A program made the translations under genes and the position numbers. A DNA stretch of 63,395 bases, counting the filler. It is 5 parts of 5 records of this genome, joined end to end, with 100 filler letters (N's around TTAATTAATTAA, not from the genome) between each part and the next. Parts side by side here need not be neighbours in the genome. Positions count along the whole stretch, not along the records: positions 25,468 to 38,043 come from SRR31156797_3260; 4 more parts are not named here. One strand, written 5' to 3'. Within the stretch, counting starts at the first letter, position 1, and every line of letters begins with the position of its first letter. Shown here piece after piece: positions 26,478-37,019 of the stretch. Below the pieces are notes generated by a model. The model was not told the origin of the DNA. It worked only from the letters and a program-made list of their open reading frames with translations, and made no database searches.

Positions 26478-28799
26478 TCAGTCTTCAACAATAGTATCTG
26501 TGGGCAGAACAATAGTAAAGGCTGTACCCTGACCTTCAACACTGGAACAGGTAATAGTGCCCCCAAGACGGGTATGAATCAGATTGTAGACGATGCTCAT
26601 CCCCAACCCTGTTCCGCCTGCTCCGCGTTTAGTGGTAAAAAAAGGTTCGAAAATCTTATTAACATTGGCCTCACTCATTCCCCGGCCATCGTCAGTATAC
26701 CGAATAACTATGCCTTCATCGGAGATCTCTACTCCGATATCAATATTTCCAGCCTCAACACCTTCAAATCCATGGATCAAGGTATTTATAATGAGATTGG
26801 AAAAGATCTGCATGAACGCACCGGGATAAGTGTTCAGAATAAGATCATCGGCACAATTGATGTTAATTTTATGCTGGGTTCGCTTGTACTTCGAACGCAG
26901 ACTGAGCAGGATCTCATCCAAGTATTCACGGAAATTAATAGTCCTTTTCTGGCCTGAGGCCTGATCCGCAGCCACCTGCTTGAATGTACCGATAAGTTCT
27001 GCGGCCCGGTGCAGGTTAAGCATACTGGATTTGGTGGCCTCCCGGGCTACAGATATGAACTTATCAAAATCAGACTTACGCAACTGCCCGGACTCAAGTT
27101 TCTTTGAAATATCGTTCAACTTCTCTTCCATGAAGCTGATGCTGGTTACACTGATACCTACCGGGGTGTTGATCTCATGGGCAACTCCGGCCACAAGGTC
27201 ACCGAGAGCGGCCATTTTTTCAGACTGAATAAGCTGGTTTTGGGCATTCTCAAGACTTTCCACAGAACTGCGCAACTCAGCGGTCCGCTCCTCAACCTTC
27301 TGCTCAAGATCACGATTCAACGTACTCAACTGATCCTGAACCGAACGCAATTCAGAAATATCCTTGCCCTCAGCAAGCAGGAAAAGCATTTTTCCCTCGG
27401 CATCAAAAGCAGGCTTCAAGGAAAAATCAACATACCGGGAACCGCCTTCAAGAATATTTGTCCTCACTTCCCTGCGGATAATATGACCGTTTGCAGCATT
27501 TTTAATATCTTCCTTCAAATTTTCCATAAGTGAAGGCGGGTTCTGCCACCACGGCCCTTCCCAAAAAGGACGGTCCAGCACATCCTCAGCAGCAACATTT
27601 CTAATATCAAGTGCGGCCTTATTCACTTCCTTAAGATTGCCTTCCAGATCAACTACCCCCATGAACTGAAGGGACTGGCTGAATACACCCCTGAACATGG
27701 CTTCACTCAAGGCAATCTGTTCCTGTGCCTCCTTAAGCTCTGTAACATTATGGCCTTCGGCGATGAGAAAAAGGACTTTACCATTGTCATCGAACACCGG
27801 TTTTGCTGAAAAATCAACATAGATGAATCGTCCGTCCATTCCTTCATGCTTGAAAATCCCCTTTCCAACCCCGCCAAAGGAAGCAACCTGAATCAACTCC
27901 TTGAGTTCGCGCTGTGAAGCAAGGGAATCGTCCCACCAAGGGGTTTCCCATAAATAATGCCCGATGACCTTGTCATTTTCACGTCCGGCAAAATCCAGCG
28001 AAGCCTGATTAGCGAGCAACAGGACCCCCTCGGGACTGAGCACGCCTATGAACTGCTGGCTGTGATTGAATATTCCCTTGAACAGGGCCTCACTTTCCTG
28101 AATATCTTTCCCGGCTCTTCTACTTTGGACGATGGTATAAAAAGAAAGCAGGGAAATCAGCCCCAGAATCCCAATGGTCATCATGATCAGTTCACGGTTA
28201 CGGGCAGCAGCTTCAGATTCAATATCATCAAGATACAACCCGGTTCCCACTATCCACTTCCATGGATAGAACCTCTGCACATAAGAAATCTTAGGAGCTA
28301 TCTTATTCGGCTGATCCTGCCACTGCCAGTGATAATCAACATATCCGGCGCCATCCTTCTCCGTAGCATTGATCATTTCAACAATAAGCAGCTTGCCCTT
28401 GAAGTCCGCAAATTTAGACATGTCCCGGCCATCCAGCTCAGGCATATATGGATGCATGACCATTTTGGCTTCAAAATCATTAATCCAGAAGTAATCCTTG
28501 CCGTCAGGCCCAAAGCGCATCATCCCGATTATCTCGGCACCTCTTCTGCGGGCTTCCTCAGAAGAAATAATTCCTTTAACTTCCTGATCCCGCAAATGGT
28601 CAAGAACTCCAATGGCCACCTGAGTCATATGTTTCAAGGATTCTCTACGCTGGACAAGCAGGGCATCCCGGACCGCAGGCATATGAATAGCAAAAATAAC
28701 AATGATAAAAAGCATTAAAGAGGCAACCGTGGGGACAGCGACCCTTAACCAGACAGGACTTCTGCGCCCTATTCCTTTGCTTTTTTCAAAAACACCCAT
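26478..28799 (-). CDS. Sensor histidine kinase: Cache_2 + two PAS + HisKA/HATPase
   Basis: DYFWIND..MVMHP..GYVDYHW..KISYV..WIVGTGLY; two PAS with W.TPWW; VAHEINTP; DDGRG, FEPFFTTK, GTGLG. Confidence 0.93.
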   Translation of the reverse strand: MGVFEKSKGIGRRSPVWLRVAVPTVASLMLFIIVIFAIHMPAVRDALLVQRRESLKHMTQVAIGVLDHLRDQEVKGIISSEEARRRGAEIIGMMRFGPDGKDYFWINDFEAKMVMHPYMPELDGRDMSKFADFKGKLLIVEMINATEKDGAGYVDYHWQWQDQPNKIAPKISYVQRFYPWKWIVGTGLYLDDIESEAAARNRELIMMTIGILGLISLLSFYTIVQSRRAGKDIQESEALFKGIFNHSQQFIGVLSPEGVLLLANQASLDFAGRENDKVIGHYLWETPWWDDSLASQRELKELIQVASFGGVGKGIFKHEGMDGRFIYVDFSAKPVFDDNGKVLFLIAEGHNVTELKEAQEQIALSEAMFRGVFSQSLQFMGVVDLEGNLKEVNKAALDIRNVAAEDVLDRPFWEGPWWQNPPSLMENLKEDIKNAANGHIIRREVRTNILEGGSRYVDFSLKPAFDAEGKMLFLLAEGKDISELRSVQDQLSTLNRDLEQKVEERTAELRSSVESLENAQNQLIQSEKMAALGDLVAGVAHEINTPVGISVTSISFMEEKLNDISKKLESGQLRKSDFDKFISVAREATKSSMLNLHRAAELIGTFKQVAADQASGQKRTINFREYLDEILLSLRSKYKRTQHKININCADDLILNTYPGAFMQIFSNLIINTLIHGFEGVEAGNIDIGVEISDEGIVIRYTDDGRGMSEANVNKIFEPFFTTKRGAGGTGLGMSIVYNLIHTRLGGTITCSSVEGQGTAFTIVLPTDTIVED

Positions 28800-29048
28800 G
28801 CATTTCTCCAGACTATACGAGGAATTTATATTAGTTCTGCAAAGTTAAGTGTACACCATATGATGGACAGAATACAACTTCTAAATTCAACGGAGAAACA
28901 GCAGGGTGTTTACCCGCTCCGACCTTCTGTAATTTAGCCCGATATTACTTGCTCGTGTTTCATTTTTATTTTAATAATATATATTCCTTCATAATCTATT
29001 TTTAAGATAAACAAATTTACCAAACAATACATAAACCAAAAGACCACA

Positions 29049-32000
29049 ATGCCTGTTGAACAAAGCAATCATCAAGAGATCGGAGTCGTCACCGGAGTAT
29101 CCGGCGAAGCATACGCTCAAACCGCTTCCGGACCACGTGTTCTTGAACCGGGAAGCCCTATCTATCAGGGTGAAGAACTGGTCACCGGAAACAACGGTAA
29201 CATTGAGGTGCGCTTTGTTGATGACACCCTGATTTCACAGGGCGGAAACTCACGCATTGCCCTTGATGACTATGTGTATGATCCCGATGGCGGGGCTTCC
29301 AGTTTTCTGGGTGATATTGCCGAAGGCACCTTCCGTACAGTCACAGGCAAAATTGCCGAACAAAACCCGGACCGTTTCAAACTAGGTTCACCACTAGCAA
29401 CCATCGGTATCCGCGGCACAATTATCCTTAGTGAAGTAACCGGTGACGGCGAAAAGCACGGTGTCGAACAAATCCACGCCGGAAAGGCCATGCTCCTGCA
29501 GAGTAAAGCAACAGGAGACATACGCCAGCTATTCTCCGGGCAGATGGTCGACGTCGGCAGCTCCGGTCTACTCAGTCCTGTACGTTCCCTCTCCGCGCAG
29601 GAACGCGATAGTTTCCGTAAAATAGCCTCCCAAAACATCAGGCAGGAACAGGAAATCCACGAACAGCAAGATGACGACCAGAAAGATGACGATCAGGTCG
29701 ATGAACAAAATGACGAGCAGAACGATGAACAGCAAGAGGGCGAACAGCAGGGAGAACTCCCCGGTGATGTTGATCCGGGAGGGGGAGACCCCGGAGAAAC
29801 CGGAGGAGACGGTGGAGTACTTCATCCGGGACAGGGCGTACTGAACCCGGGCGATGATGCCCTCGTCGGACAACAAAGATTTGATCCTAATAAGATTGAC
29901 GAGCCTCCTCAAGCATTTGAAAAGCCAGAAGTTGAAGAACAGGAAGAAGGCGAAGGTCAACAGGAAGAACAACAGCAAGAAGAAGGTGAAGGCGATAGCT
30001 CTGGAGACACCGACGGAGATGGAACTGAAGAAGGTAACAATGCTAACCAGCAGAACCAGCAAGATGAAAACGAAGCTGATGATGCAGACACAGGCACTGA
30101 TGATAATGAAGCCGGGGACGACGATACCGACGGTGATTCTGAAGACAACCCGCACGACATCCACGGCAGCGGACTGATCAGAGGAACTGCTGCGAATGAA
30201 ACTCTTACCGGCAGCTCTTCCCAAGATACTGTTTATGGCGAAGGCGGCAACGACACCCTCTACGGCGAAGCCGGGGATGACGAACTTTTCGGCGGCACAG
30301 GAAATGACTCCATGTATGGCGGCGCGGGCGAAGACATGCTCAACGGAGGTAGCGGAAACAACTATTTAGACGGTGGTTCCGGCGCGGCTGATGAAACAGA
30401 TTTTGCTTCTTTTGACGGGCAGGAACACGGGGTTACTGTAGACCTCAGCAACAAAAATGATGCTGGTGAAGTAACTGTCAGCACTGACGACGGCCATGAT
30501 ACTCTGGTCAATATTGAAGGTGTGATCGGGACCGCCCATAAAGACACTCTCACTGGGGATGACAACGTAAACAGGTTTGAACCGGGATTGAACGCGGAAT
30601 ATGAGAGTGCCGGAGCTGAATTGGTTGATGGCGGCAGCGGTAGCGAAGAAGACTGGGTGCAATTTGAGACACTGGACAGCAAATATTACGTGAATGTTTC
30701 CATGACCGGAGTAAACGGCACAGCTAAAATTTACGATTCAACCGACGGTAACAAAAAAGTCAACGAAGTATCGCTTTCCAACATAGAAAATATTATTGGC
30801 TCCTCCGGTAATGACAAGTTGTCAGGCAACAACAGCGACAACGTTCTCCTAGGCGGCGATGGTAATGATTCAATAAGCGGCGGTGGCGGCAATGACTCCA
30901 TTGATGGCGGCACAGGCAATGACTACATCTCCGGCGAAGCAGGAGTCGACAGTATCGACGGCGGTGCAGGCACAGACTCCTTAAGCTACGATTACATCAC
31001 TGTCGGAAGTGATTTCGGCATGGACATAAGCCTTTCAGCTGCCGGGACAGGAACGGCAACCTCAACAGCACCTAGTTCCACCATTGAGGACACCTTCCAA
31101 AACATCGAAAGAATCTTCGGAACCGGAAGCCACGATAAATTCAACGGCAGCAGTTCAAGCGACACCTTTGATGGAAATGCGGGAGATGACACCATTTACG
31201 GCAATGGAGGAGACGATATTCTGGCTGGTGGAGCTGGCAATGACGAAATTACCGGTGGCGCAGGCGCCGATTCTATCTCAGGCGGCGGTGGTGACGACAC
31301 CATCTACGGTGGTGACGGTAATGATATCATCAGCGGGGGGGCCGGAAACAACCATCTCTACGGCGGAAGCTCAGATGGCGGTTCAGGCACAGACACTGTA
31401 TCCTATGCCGGACATACAAAGGTAAATATTGACCTCGGCGCCACTACCTCCCACACTATAGGCGGCACAACATACACTGACACCCTCAAATTTTTCAGCA
31501 CATACATTGGATCTGACGGAAACGATTCATTCATGGGTGATGTCAACGGTGATACCTTTGTGGGCGGAAAGGGGAATGACTCTTTCTATGGAGAAGGAGG
31601 TAACAACCTGTTTGTAGGCGGAGAGGGCACCGATACCATTTCATTCGCCAATTCCAGCTCCGCAGTCACAGTAAGAGTTGCAGACAGCACAGCTACCCAT
31701 TCAGACGGCTATGACACCTTCAGCCAAGTTGAATCCTTTGAGGGTTCAAGCCACGGGGACACTTTTTATGGTGGCGACAATGACGAAACATTTTCCGGCG
31801 GAGGTGGTGATGATACCGTCTACGCCGGAACAGGCAACGACACTTTGATCGGAGGAACCGGCACAAACCTCCTTGACGGTCAGGGTGGCACAATGGACTT
31901 TGTGTCCTTTGCCAATGCTAGTTCAGGTATGAATGTCACTTTAGACGGAGCGAATGAAGTCACAGTCGGCACCGGAATCGGTACTGATGTTATCAAGAAC

Positions 32001-33407
32001 ATTGAAGGCATAATCGGTTCGAACTTCCGAGATGAATTCACTGGCGATAGTAATAACAACTACTTTAGAATGGGACTGAACAGCGATTTTGTTTCCGACA
32101 CCTCCGCAACATATGAATCAGTAACCGGGGGAGATGGTTCGGACTGGGTCATGTTCGACGATCTTTCCAGCCAATATTACGTTGTTGCTGAAGTGAACAA
32201 CGGCTATGTTTATATAAAAGACTCCAGCGATTCAAATGCTAAAGTAAACAAGGTTATGCTCTCCAGCATAGAAAATGTGCTCGGATCATCAGGTAACGAT
32301 ATTATGACCGGAGCCGGGGGGAATACACTGGATGGAGCAGCAGGCAATGACCGCCTCACCTATGCCGCTTCAGACTTCGGCGTGACTTTCAATATAAATG
32401 ATTCCGACGGTTCGGTAGTCCATAATGGAGGTACGGACCAGTTCAGCAATTTTGAAATTTTTGAAGGCTCAAACAACGACGATACCTTCAACGGCAGTTC
32501 CAATAGTGAAACCATGTTTGGTGGCGAAGGAGCCGACTCCTTTAGTGGCGGAGACGGAAACGATGTAATCACTGGCGGTCTGGGTAACGACTCCATCGAC
32601 GGTGGAGCAGGGATCGACACCCTTGACTATAGTGACCAGAACAAAGCCGTGACAATCATTGCTGACACCGGAAGTGGCAACGGAACTGCGGAACGCACGG
32701 ACCTCGGTGAAATCGACGATTTCACAGGAATCGAAAATTTCATCGGTTCTTCATGCGACGACAGTTTCACAGGATCAGATGCTGCAGAAATATTTGAAGG
32801 CGGCGACGGCACTGACAATATCGACGGCGGAGCCGGAACAGACTTCATCAGCTTTGCAGGGCTTGGGACAGGGATAACCATTGATCTCAGTAACAATGCT
32901 GAAGGATCAGGAAACCTCTGCACAGTTACACTAGGAGGTGGGAATGACACCTTTAAAAATATTGAGGGTGTCATCGGCTCCAACTACTCTGACAACATCA
33001 CTGCAAGTTCATCCGGAGCTTCCACCATACAAGGTGGCGGAGGATCTGACACCATAACACTTGGTGGTGATGACGGAAACAGAACCACGCTTGTCTACAC
33101 ATCCCTCAGCGAGGGTGGAGATACAATCAACAGCTTTCAAAACCATGATTCCGATGCTGACCACAGTGACAAATTCTACTTCAGCGGTTCAGACTTTGAC
33201 AGCTCTGCAGGCTTCGAGACCTATTCCAGCGGGGCATACACCGGCAACGCAGACGCAGGGACAACAGACGCCTACTTTGTTTTTGATAACGACAACCAGC
33301 TTTGGTACGACTCCAACGGTGATAGTGCCGGAGGAGCGACCTTGATCGCCAGCCTGTCCGGCGGTGATCCAGTTACAGCCGACGACATTAATTTGCATAA
33401 TAACTAA
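29049..33407 (+). CDS. FecR-domain, RTX (GGxGxD) calcium-binding repeat protein, probable T1SS substrate
   Basis: N-terminal ATIGIRGT FecR motif; acidic linker; many GGxGND nonapeptides; C-terminal LWYDSNGD. Confidence 0.88.
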   Translation: MPVEQSNHQEIGVVTGVSGEAYAQTASGPRVLEPGSPIYQGEELVTGNNGNIEVRFVDDTLISQGGNSRIALDDYVYDPDGGASSFLGDIAEGTFRTVTGKIAEQNPDRFKLGSPLATIGIRGTIILSEVTGDGEKHGVEQIHAGKAMLLQSKATGDIRQLFSGQMVDVGSSGLLSPVRSLSAQERDSFRKIASQNIRQEQEIHEQQDDDQKDDDQVDEQNDEQNDEQQEGEQQGELPGDVDPGGGDPGETGGDGGVLHPGQGVLNPGDDALVGQQRFDPNKIDEPPQAFEKPEVEEQEEGEGQQEEQQQEEGEGDSSGDTDGDGTEEGNNANQQNQQDENEADDADTGTDDNEAGDDDTDGDSEDNPHDIHGSGLIRGTAANETLTGSSSQDTVYGEGGNDTLYGEAGDDELFGGTGNDSMYGGAGEDMLNGGSGNNYLDGGSGAADETDFASFDGQEHGVTVDLSNKNDAGEVTVSTDDGHDTLVNIEGVIGTAHKDTLTGDDNVNRFEPGLNAEYESAGAELVDGGSGSEEDWVQFETLDSKYYVNVSMTGVNGTAKIYDSTDGNKKVNEVSLSNIENIIGSSGNDKLSGNNSDNVLLGGDGNDSISGGGGNDSIDGGTGNDYISGEAGVDSIDGGAGTDSLSYDYITVGSDFGMDISLSAAGTGTATSTAPSSTIEDTFQNIERIFGTGSHDKFNGSSSSDTFDGNAGDDTIYGNGGDDILAGGAGNDEITGGAGADSISGGGGDDTIYGGDGNDIISGGAGNNHLYGGSSDGGSGTDTVSYAGHTKVNIDLGATTSHTIGGTTYTDTLKFFSTYIGSDGNDSFMGDVNGDTFVGGKGNDSFYGEGGNNLFVGGEGTDTISFANSSSAVTVRVADSTATHSDGYDTFSQVESFEGSSHGDTFYGGDNDETFSGGGGDDTVYAGTGNDTLIGGTGTNLLDGQGGTMDFVSFANASSGMNVTLDGANEVTVGTGIGTDVIKNIEGIIGSNFRDEFTGDSNNNYFRMGLNSDFVSDTSATYESVTGGDGSDWVMFDDLSSQYYVVAEVNNGYVYIKDSSDSNAKVNKVMLSSIENVLGSSGNDIMTGAGGNTLDGAAGNDRLTYAASDFGVTFNINDSDGSVVHNGGTDQFSNFEIFEGSNNDDTFNGSSNSETMFGGEGADSFSGGDGNDVITGGLGNDSIDGGAGIDTLDYSDQNKAVTIIADTGSGNGTAERTDLGEIDDFTGIENFIGSSCDDSFTGSDAAEIFEGGDGTDNIDGGAGTDFISFAGLGTGITIDLSNNAEGSGNLCTVTLGGGNDTFKNIEGVIGSNYSDNITASSSGASTIQGGGGSDTITLGGDDGNRTTLVYTSLSEGGDTINSFQNHDSDADHSDKFYFSGSDFDSSAGFETYSSGAYTGNADAGTTDAYFVFDNDNQLWYDSNGDSAGGATLIASLSGGDPVTADDINLHNN

Positions 33408-33413
33408 AACAAA

Positions 33414-33447
33414 AAGCGCCCTATCTTATTTAAAAGATAGGGCGCTT
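33414..33447. terminator. Bidirectional terminator between convergent genes
   Basis: AAGCGCCCTATCTT-N6-AAGATAGGGCGCTT. Confidence 0.85.
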
Positions 33448-33452
33448 AACTT

Positions 33453-33713
33453 TTATCCATTTAAATTCTGTTCGCCGCCTTTCATCTGCGAATCCACAAC
33501 CATATTCTCATAGGTAGTGATCTGATTCTTCAACCGTCGCAGCTTAATCAAGGCTTTCTTCTGCTCACTCATGGCACTTGCATGACGGCTGCGCAGACTA
33601 GCCTCCTCAGCCTTAAAGGCTTTAATGGTCTCCTTGTGCCAGCTGGTAATCATCCTGTTTATGACCAGTGCTGAGAGCATAATCGCTGCGCAAATGCCTA
33701 GCATAAAAATCAT
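33453..33713 (-). CDS. Small TM + coiled-coil hypothetical protein
   Basis: N-terminal hydrophobic helix, heptad-like tail; 4-bp overlap with upstream ORF. Confidence 0.65.
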   Translation of the reverse strand: MIFMLGICAAIMLSALVINRMITSWHKETIKAFKAEEASLRSRHASAMSEQKKALIKLRRLKNQITTYENMVVDSQMKGGEQNLNG

Positions 33714-33955
33714 TTTTCGCTCCTTGCATCATTCAAACTGCTCTTCAGGTCATCGAGACTTCTGGTGGCATCTGTAATTTCGCGGTTGATCTGTATTGTG
33801 CCCTTTTTAAGCCTGCCAACCTTGAATTCCACTTCATCACGCAGATTTTCAATTTGAATTCGCCGTTGGCCTATATTTCCGCTAACATTCATATAGCGCC
33901 CATAAAGAATCATAAAGATGAGAAATCCAAAGACAAGTGCAACTAGAAAATACAT
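33710..33955 (-). CDS. Small TM + coiled-coil hypothetical protein
   Basis: N-terminal hydrophobic helix, coiled-coil tail. Confidence 0.65.
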   Translation of the reverse strand: MYFLVALVFGFLIFMILYGRYMNVSGNIGQRRIQIENLRDEVEFKVGRLKKGTIQINREITDATRSLDDLKSSLNDARSEK

Positions 33956-33986
33956 GAAAAATCCTAATAAACCTGAAGTGTCTGAA

Positions 33987-35324
33987 CTAGGTCTGCGGCG
34001 GTTCGCTCTTCTTGAGCAAAGCCTTCAACTTGGCATCATCCGGAAATTCAGTAAGTGCTTCTCCAAGTACAACACGGGCTTCGTCGTTCATACCGACCTT
34101 GATAAAAATCCCGGCAATATTGCGAGCCACCGACGCTGCACTTTTATGGATCATTCCATCCGAACGCACTGCACGCTTAAAATACTTGGCACACTTAGCG
34201 TATTCCTTACCATCACTGTAGGCCAAACCGATATTATAAAACAGTCCCGGTTCATTGGGAGCAACCTTAAGCGCAGACTGATAGTTTTCCACAGCCTGCT
34301 GCCATTTTCCCTGCTTACGCAGAGCAATACCGAGCTTGTTGTATGTTTCCAAATCATCCGCACTCAAACTTGAAGACTTAACCTTCAGCAGCTTGGAATA
34401 GTATTTCTCAGCTTTATCCGGGGCCACATCAAAAAGTGACTCCGCGATACCGCTCATGACCTGTGAAAGATAATTGTGCGCTTCTTTCACTGCACAACGC
34501 ACAGCCTGATCAAAATATGTTTCCGCGTCATCAAGTTCTTCACGCTCCAGATGAACACGACCGATCTCGCACTTACGCTCGGTATTGAGCGGGCTGATGG
34601 AATCAAGCTTTTTCAGATAATGTAAGTACTGATCGTTGTCGTTATCCTTATAAAACTCAGCCAGTTTCTTGATCGGCTCCATGAATACCTTGGACTGTTC
34701 ATGGGCCTGCAAATAAGATTTCAAGGCCTCATCACGCTGACCCATGCCGGACTGGGCATCACCCTGCAACATCAAGGCGGCGGGACTATCCGGTTTGATC
34801 TCAAGGATCTTGGCACTGACCAACAAAACCTTATCAAGTTCGCCGTTGCGTAAAAATGTCTTACCCGCTTCAACCAGTTGGGCAAGCTTGCCCTGCGGTT
34901 TGATTGTGAAGGCCAGTTTCTGAACCAAACTGTCCACAGAAACAGGCTTGGTGATAATGTTGTTGGCTCCCAATTCATGGAGAAAGATAAGTTCTTCCTG
35001 ACTAGTCTCATCAGTCAGGACCACCACTTTTATTTCTGGAAATAATCTGCGGATGTTCAGAATAAATTCAGCCGTAGGCTTACCCCTGACCAGCCTTTCC
35101 ACAAAAACAAGCACCGGCTGGTTAGCCCCGACCTTATCCTTGATTTCGGACAAACAAGGAGCCTGTTCCTGATAATAAGCTAAACAATCCCGACGGATAG
35201 CCAAAATTTTATGTAAGGTACCGCGCAGCAGTTTGTAGAACGAAGGTTCATCACTTAGCAGAACAGTAAAACCAGCCTGTTCCTCATAAAATTCACGTAC
35301 TATCTGATCATATTTAGTTGCCAC
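33987..35324 (-). CDS. Atypical receiver domain + TPR repeat protein
   Basis: VVVLT..GANNIITKP receiver with VFVE at the phospho-Asp position; TPRs (YNKLGIALRKQGKWQQAVENYQSAL). Confidence 0.85.
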   Translation of the reverse strand: MATKYDQIVREFYEEQAGFTVLLSDEPSFYKLLRGTLHKILAIRRDCLAYYQEQAPCLSEIKDKVGANQPVLVFVERLVRGKPTAEFILNIRRLFPEIKVVVLTDETSQEELIFLHELGANNIITKPVSVDSLVQKLAFTIKPQGKLAQLVEAGKTFLRNGELDKVLLVSAKILEIKPDSPAALMLQGDAQSGMGQRDEALKSYLQAHEQSKVFMEPIKKLAEFYKDNDNDQYLHYLKKLDSISPLNTERKCEIGRVHLEREELDDAETYFDQAVRCAVKEAHNYLSQVMSGIAESLFDVAPDKAEKYYSKLLKVKSSSLSADDLETYNKLGIALRKQGKWQQAVENYQSALKVAPNEPGLFYNIGLAYSDGKEYAKCAKYFKRAVRSDGMIHKSAASVARNIAGIFIKVGMNDEARVVLGEALTEFPDDAKLKALLKKSEPPQT

Positions 35325-35362
35325 TTAAGCCTCACTACACAGCAATCGTACTACCGTAACTA

Positions 35363-36127
35363 TTACAGTTCGACACAACACCCTTCTTCAGGCATAAAAA
35401 TTTCACATTCATCAACCTGTGTCAGCATCTTCAGAATCTGATCACTACGGCAGGTTCGCACAAAAGGTTCCAAATGCACAAGGGCTACTTTCCCCATTCC
35501 TGCTGAAATTGCAAAATCAATACAGTCAACAACGCTGGAATGACCTTTGACAGTTTCATCCAGTCCGTAAGATTCAAGTATGCCCAGATCAGCATTTAGT
35601 CCATTGCTCACGCAATCTTCAGTCAGCCTTCCGTCACCACTATAAAAAACAACCTTTCCCGCACGCTCAAGACGTAATGCCTGAGCAGACTCCGAATGGT
35701 TCATCGCACAAGTTCGCATCTTAAATCCAGCCACACTCTTCTCATCTCCGGGACTGAATTCATGGAAGACAACTTCAAAGCCAAGCTTTGCCCGCATGGT
35801 GGGGTAAGCAAGGTCAATGACTTGAGCAACCTTGTCCTCAATCCCAGACGGACCGCAGACATGGAATTCCCTTGAGCGTCCCGCTGTAAGAAACGAACCG
35901 AAAAGAAAAGGCAGCCCGAAAAAGTGGTCTCCGTGAAAATGGGAAATCCAAACCGCATCAAGTAGGGAGGGATCTTGAAGCACACCCATGCATACGTGTC
36001 CGGAGTTGAACCCGCAATCCAGCAGAAGATTCTGCCCTTGGGCATCCACCAGAACGGAAACATTGGTCTGTCTCGCGTCAAACGCAGACCCCACACCCAA
36101 AAAAGTGCACTTCATATATACTGCCAC
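35363..36127 (-). CDS. MBL-fold metallohydrolase (RNase Z-like)
   Basis: FLGVGSAF, LLDCG, SHFHGDH, YSGDG, GHSS, LVH. Confidence 0.88.
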   Translation of the reverse strand: MAVYMKCTFLGVGSAFDARQTNVSVLVDAQGQNLLLDCGFNSGHVCMGVLQDPSLLDAVWISHFHGDHFFGLPFLFGSFLTAGRSREFHVCGPSGIEDKVAQVIDLAYPTMRAKLGFEVVFHEFSPGDEKSVAGFKMRTCAMNHSESAQALRLERAGKVVFYSGDGRLTEDCVSNGLNADLGILESYGLDETVKGHSSVVDCIDFAISAGMGKVALVHLEPFVRTCRSDQILKMLTQVDECEIFMPEEGCCVEL

Positions 36128-36137
36128 CCTACTTGAA

Positions 36138-37019
36138 TCAGTAAGAAAAGATCAGTCCGTCTCCGGTGGCGGAACCTTCCGGGGTAATTCCCAGATACCC
36201 TAAGATTTCCTTGAGCAATGGCTTATCTTCTTCCGGTCCTTCAATGACCTTCACATCACCTTCAATGTTGCAAAGGGCCTTAAGCACAGTCACCGAATCT
36301 TCAAACCCGCCGATGCGATCGACTAACCCCAGCTCCTTTGCTTCACGCCCGGTAATAGCCCTACCGTCAGCAACCTTTTCCACTTGTTCACGGTCAAGCT
36401 TACGTGCTGAAGCAACGTCGTCTACAAACTGGTTATGCATGTCCATGATCAGCGCAGTCAGGTATTCCCGCTGTTCCGAGGTCAGTTCAGAAAAAGGAGA
36501 ACCTGCGGCCTTCATCTTTCCGCTAGTGATGACTATCGGTTTGACCCCGACTTTCTCCATCAGCTGGTGGAAATTGGCATATTCGGCCTTAACCCCGATG
36601 GAACCGGTAATGGAGCCGGAACTGGCCATAATCTTGGTTGCCGGAGCTGCAGCATAATATCCGCCGGACGCCGCAACAGTGCCGAAGGAAGCCACAATGG
36701 GTTTAACCTCAGCAAGTCGCTTAACCGCATGATAAAGCTCCTGTGAGGGGGCGATTGTCCCGCCTGGAGAGTTGACCCGTAGCAGAACGCCCTTCACGGA
36801 ATCGTCCCGGCGCAGATCACGTAAAAATTTAACAGTAGGCAATGAATTGATTATGGTTCCCTGCACATTGACCACCCCGATCTTTCCGGCGCTGAAAAAG
36901 TCCACTTTTCCATGAAAAAAGGCTGCGGCTCCCCATAGGAGAGCCACAGCCATAATAAGCAGACTGAAACCGAATAAAATCGGATGTCTTACAGAGAAAC
37001 CTTTCTTAGGATTCTTCAT
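36138..37019 (-). CDS. sppA: Signal peptide peptidase SppA (36K type)
   Basis: RVNSPGG, AASGGYY, TGSIGV, GKMK, ADGR; probable start MKNPKK at 37019. Confidence 0.93.
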   Translation of the reverse strand: MKNPKKGFSVRHPILFGFSLLIMAVALLWGAAAFFHGKVDFFSAGKIGVVNVQGTIINSLPTVKFLRDLRRDDSVKGVLLRVNSPGGTIAPSQELYHAVKRLAEVKPIVASFGTVAASGGYYAAAPATKIMASSGSITGSIGVKAEYANFHQLMEKVGVKPIVITSGKMKAAGSPFSELTSEQREYLTALIMDMHNQFVDDVASARKLDREQVEKVADGRAITGREAKELGLVDRIGGFEDSVTVLKALCNIEGDVKVIEGPEEDKPLLKEILGYLGITPEGSATGDGLIFSY

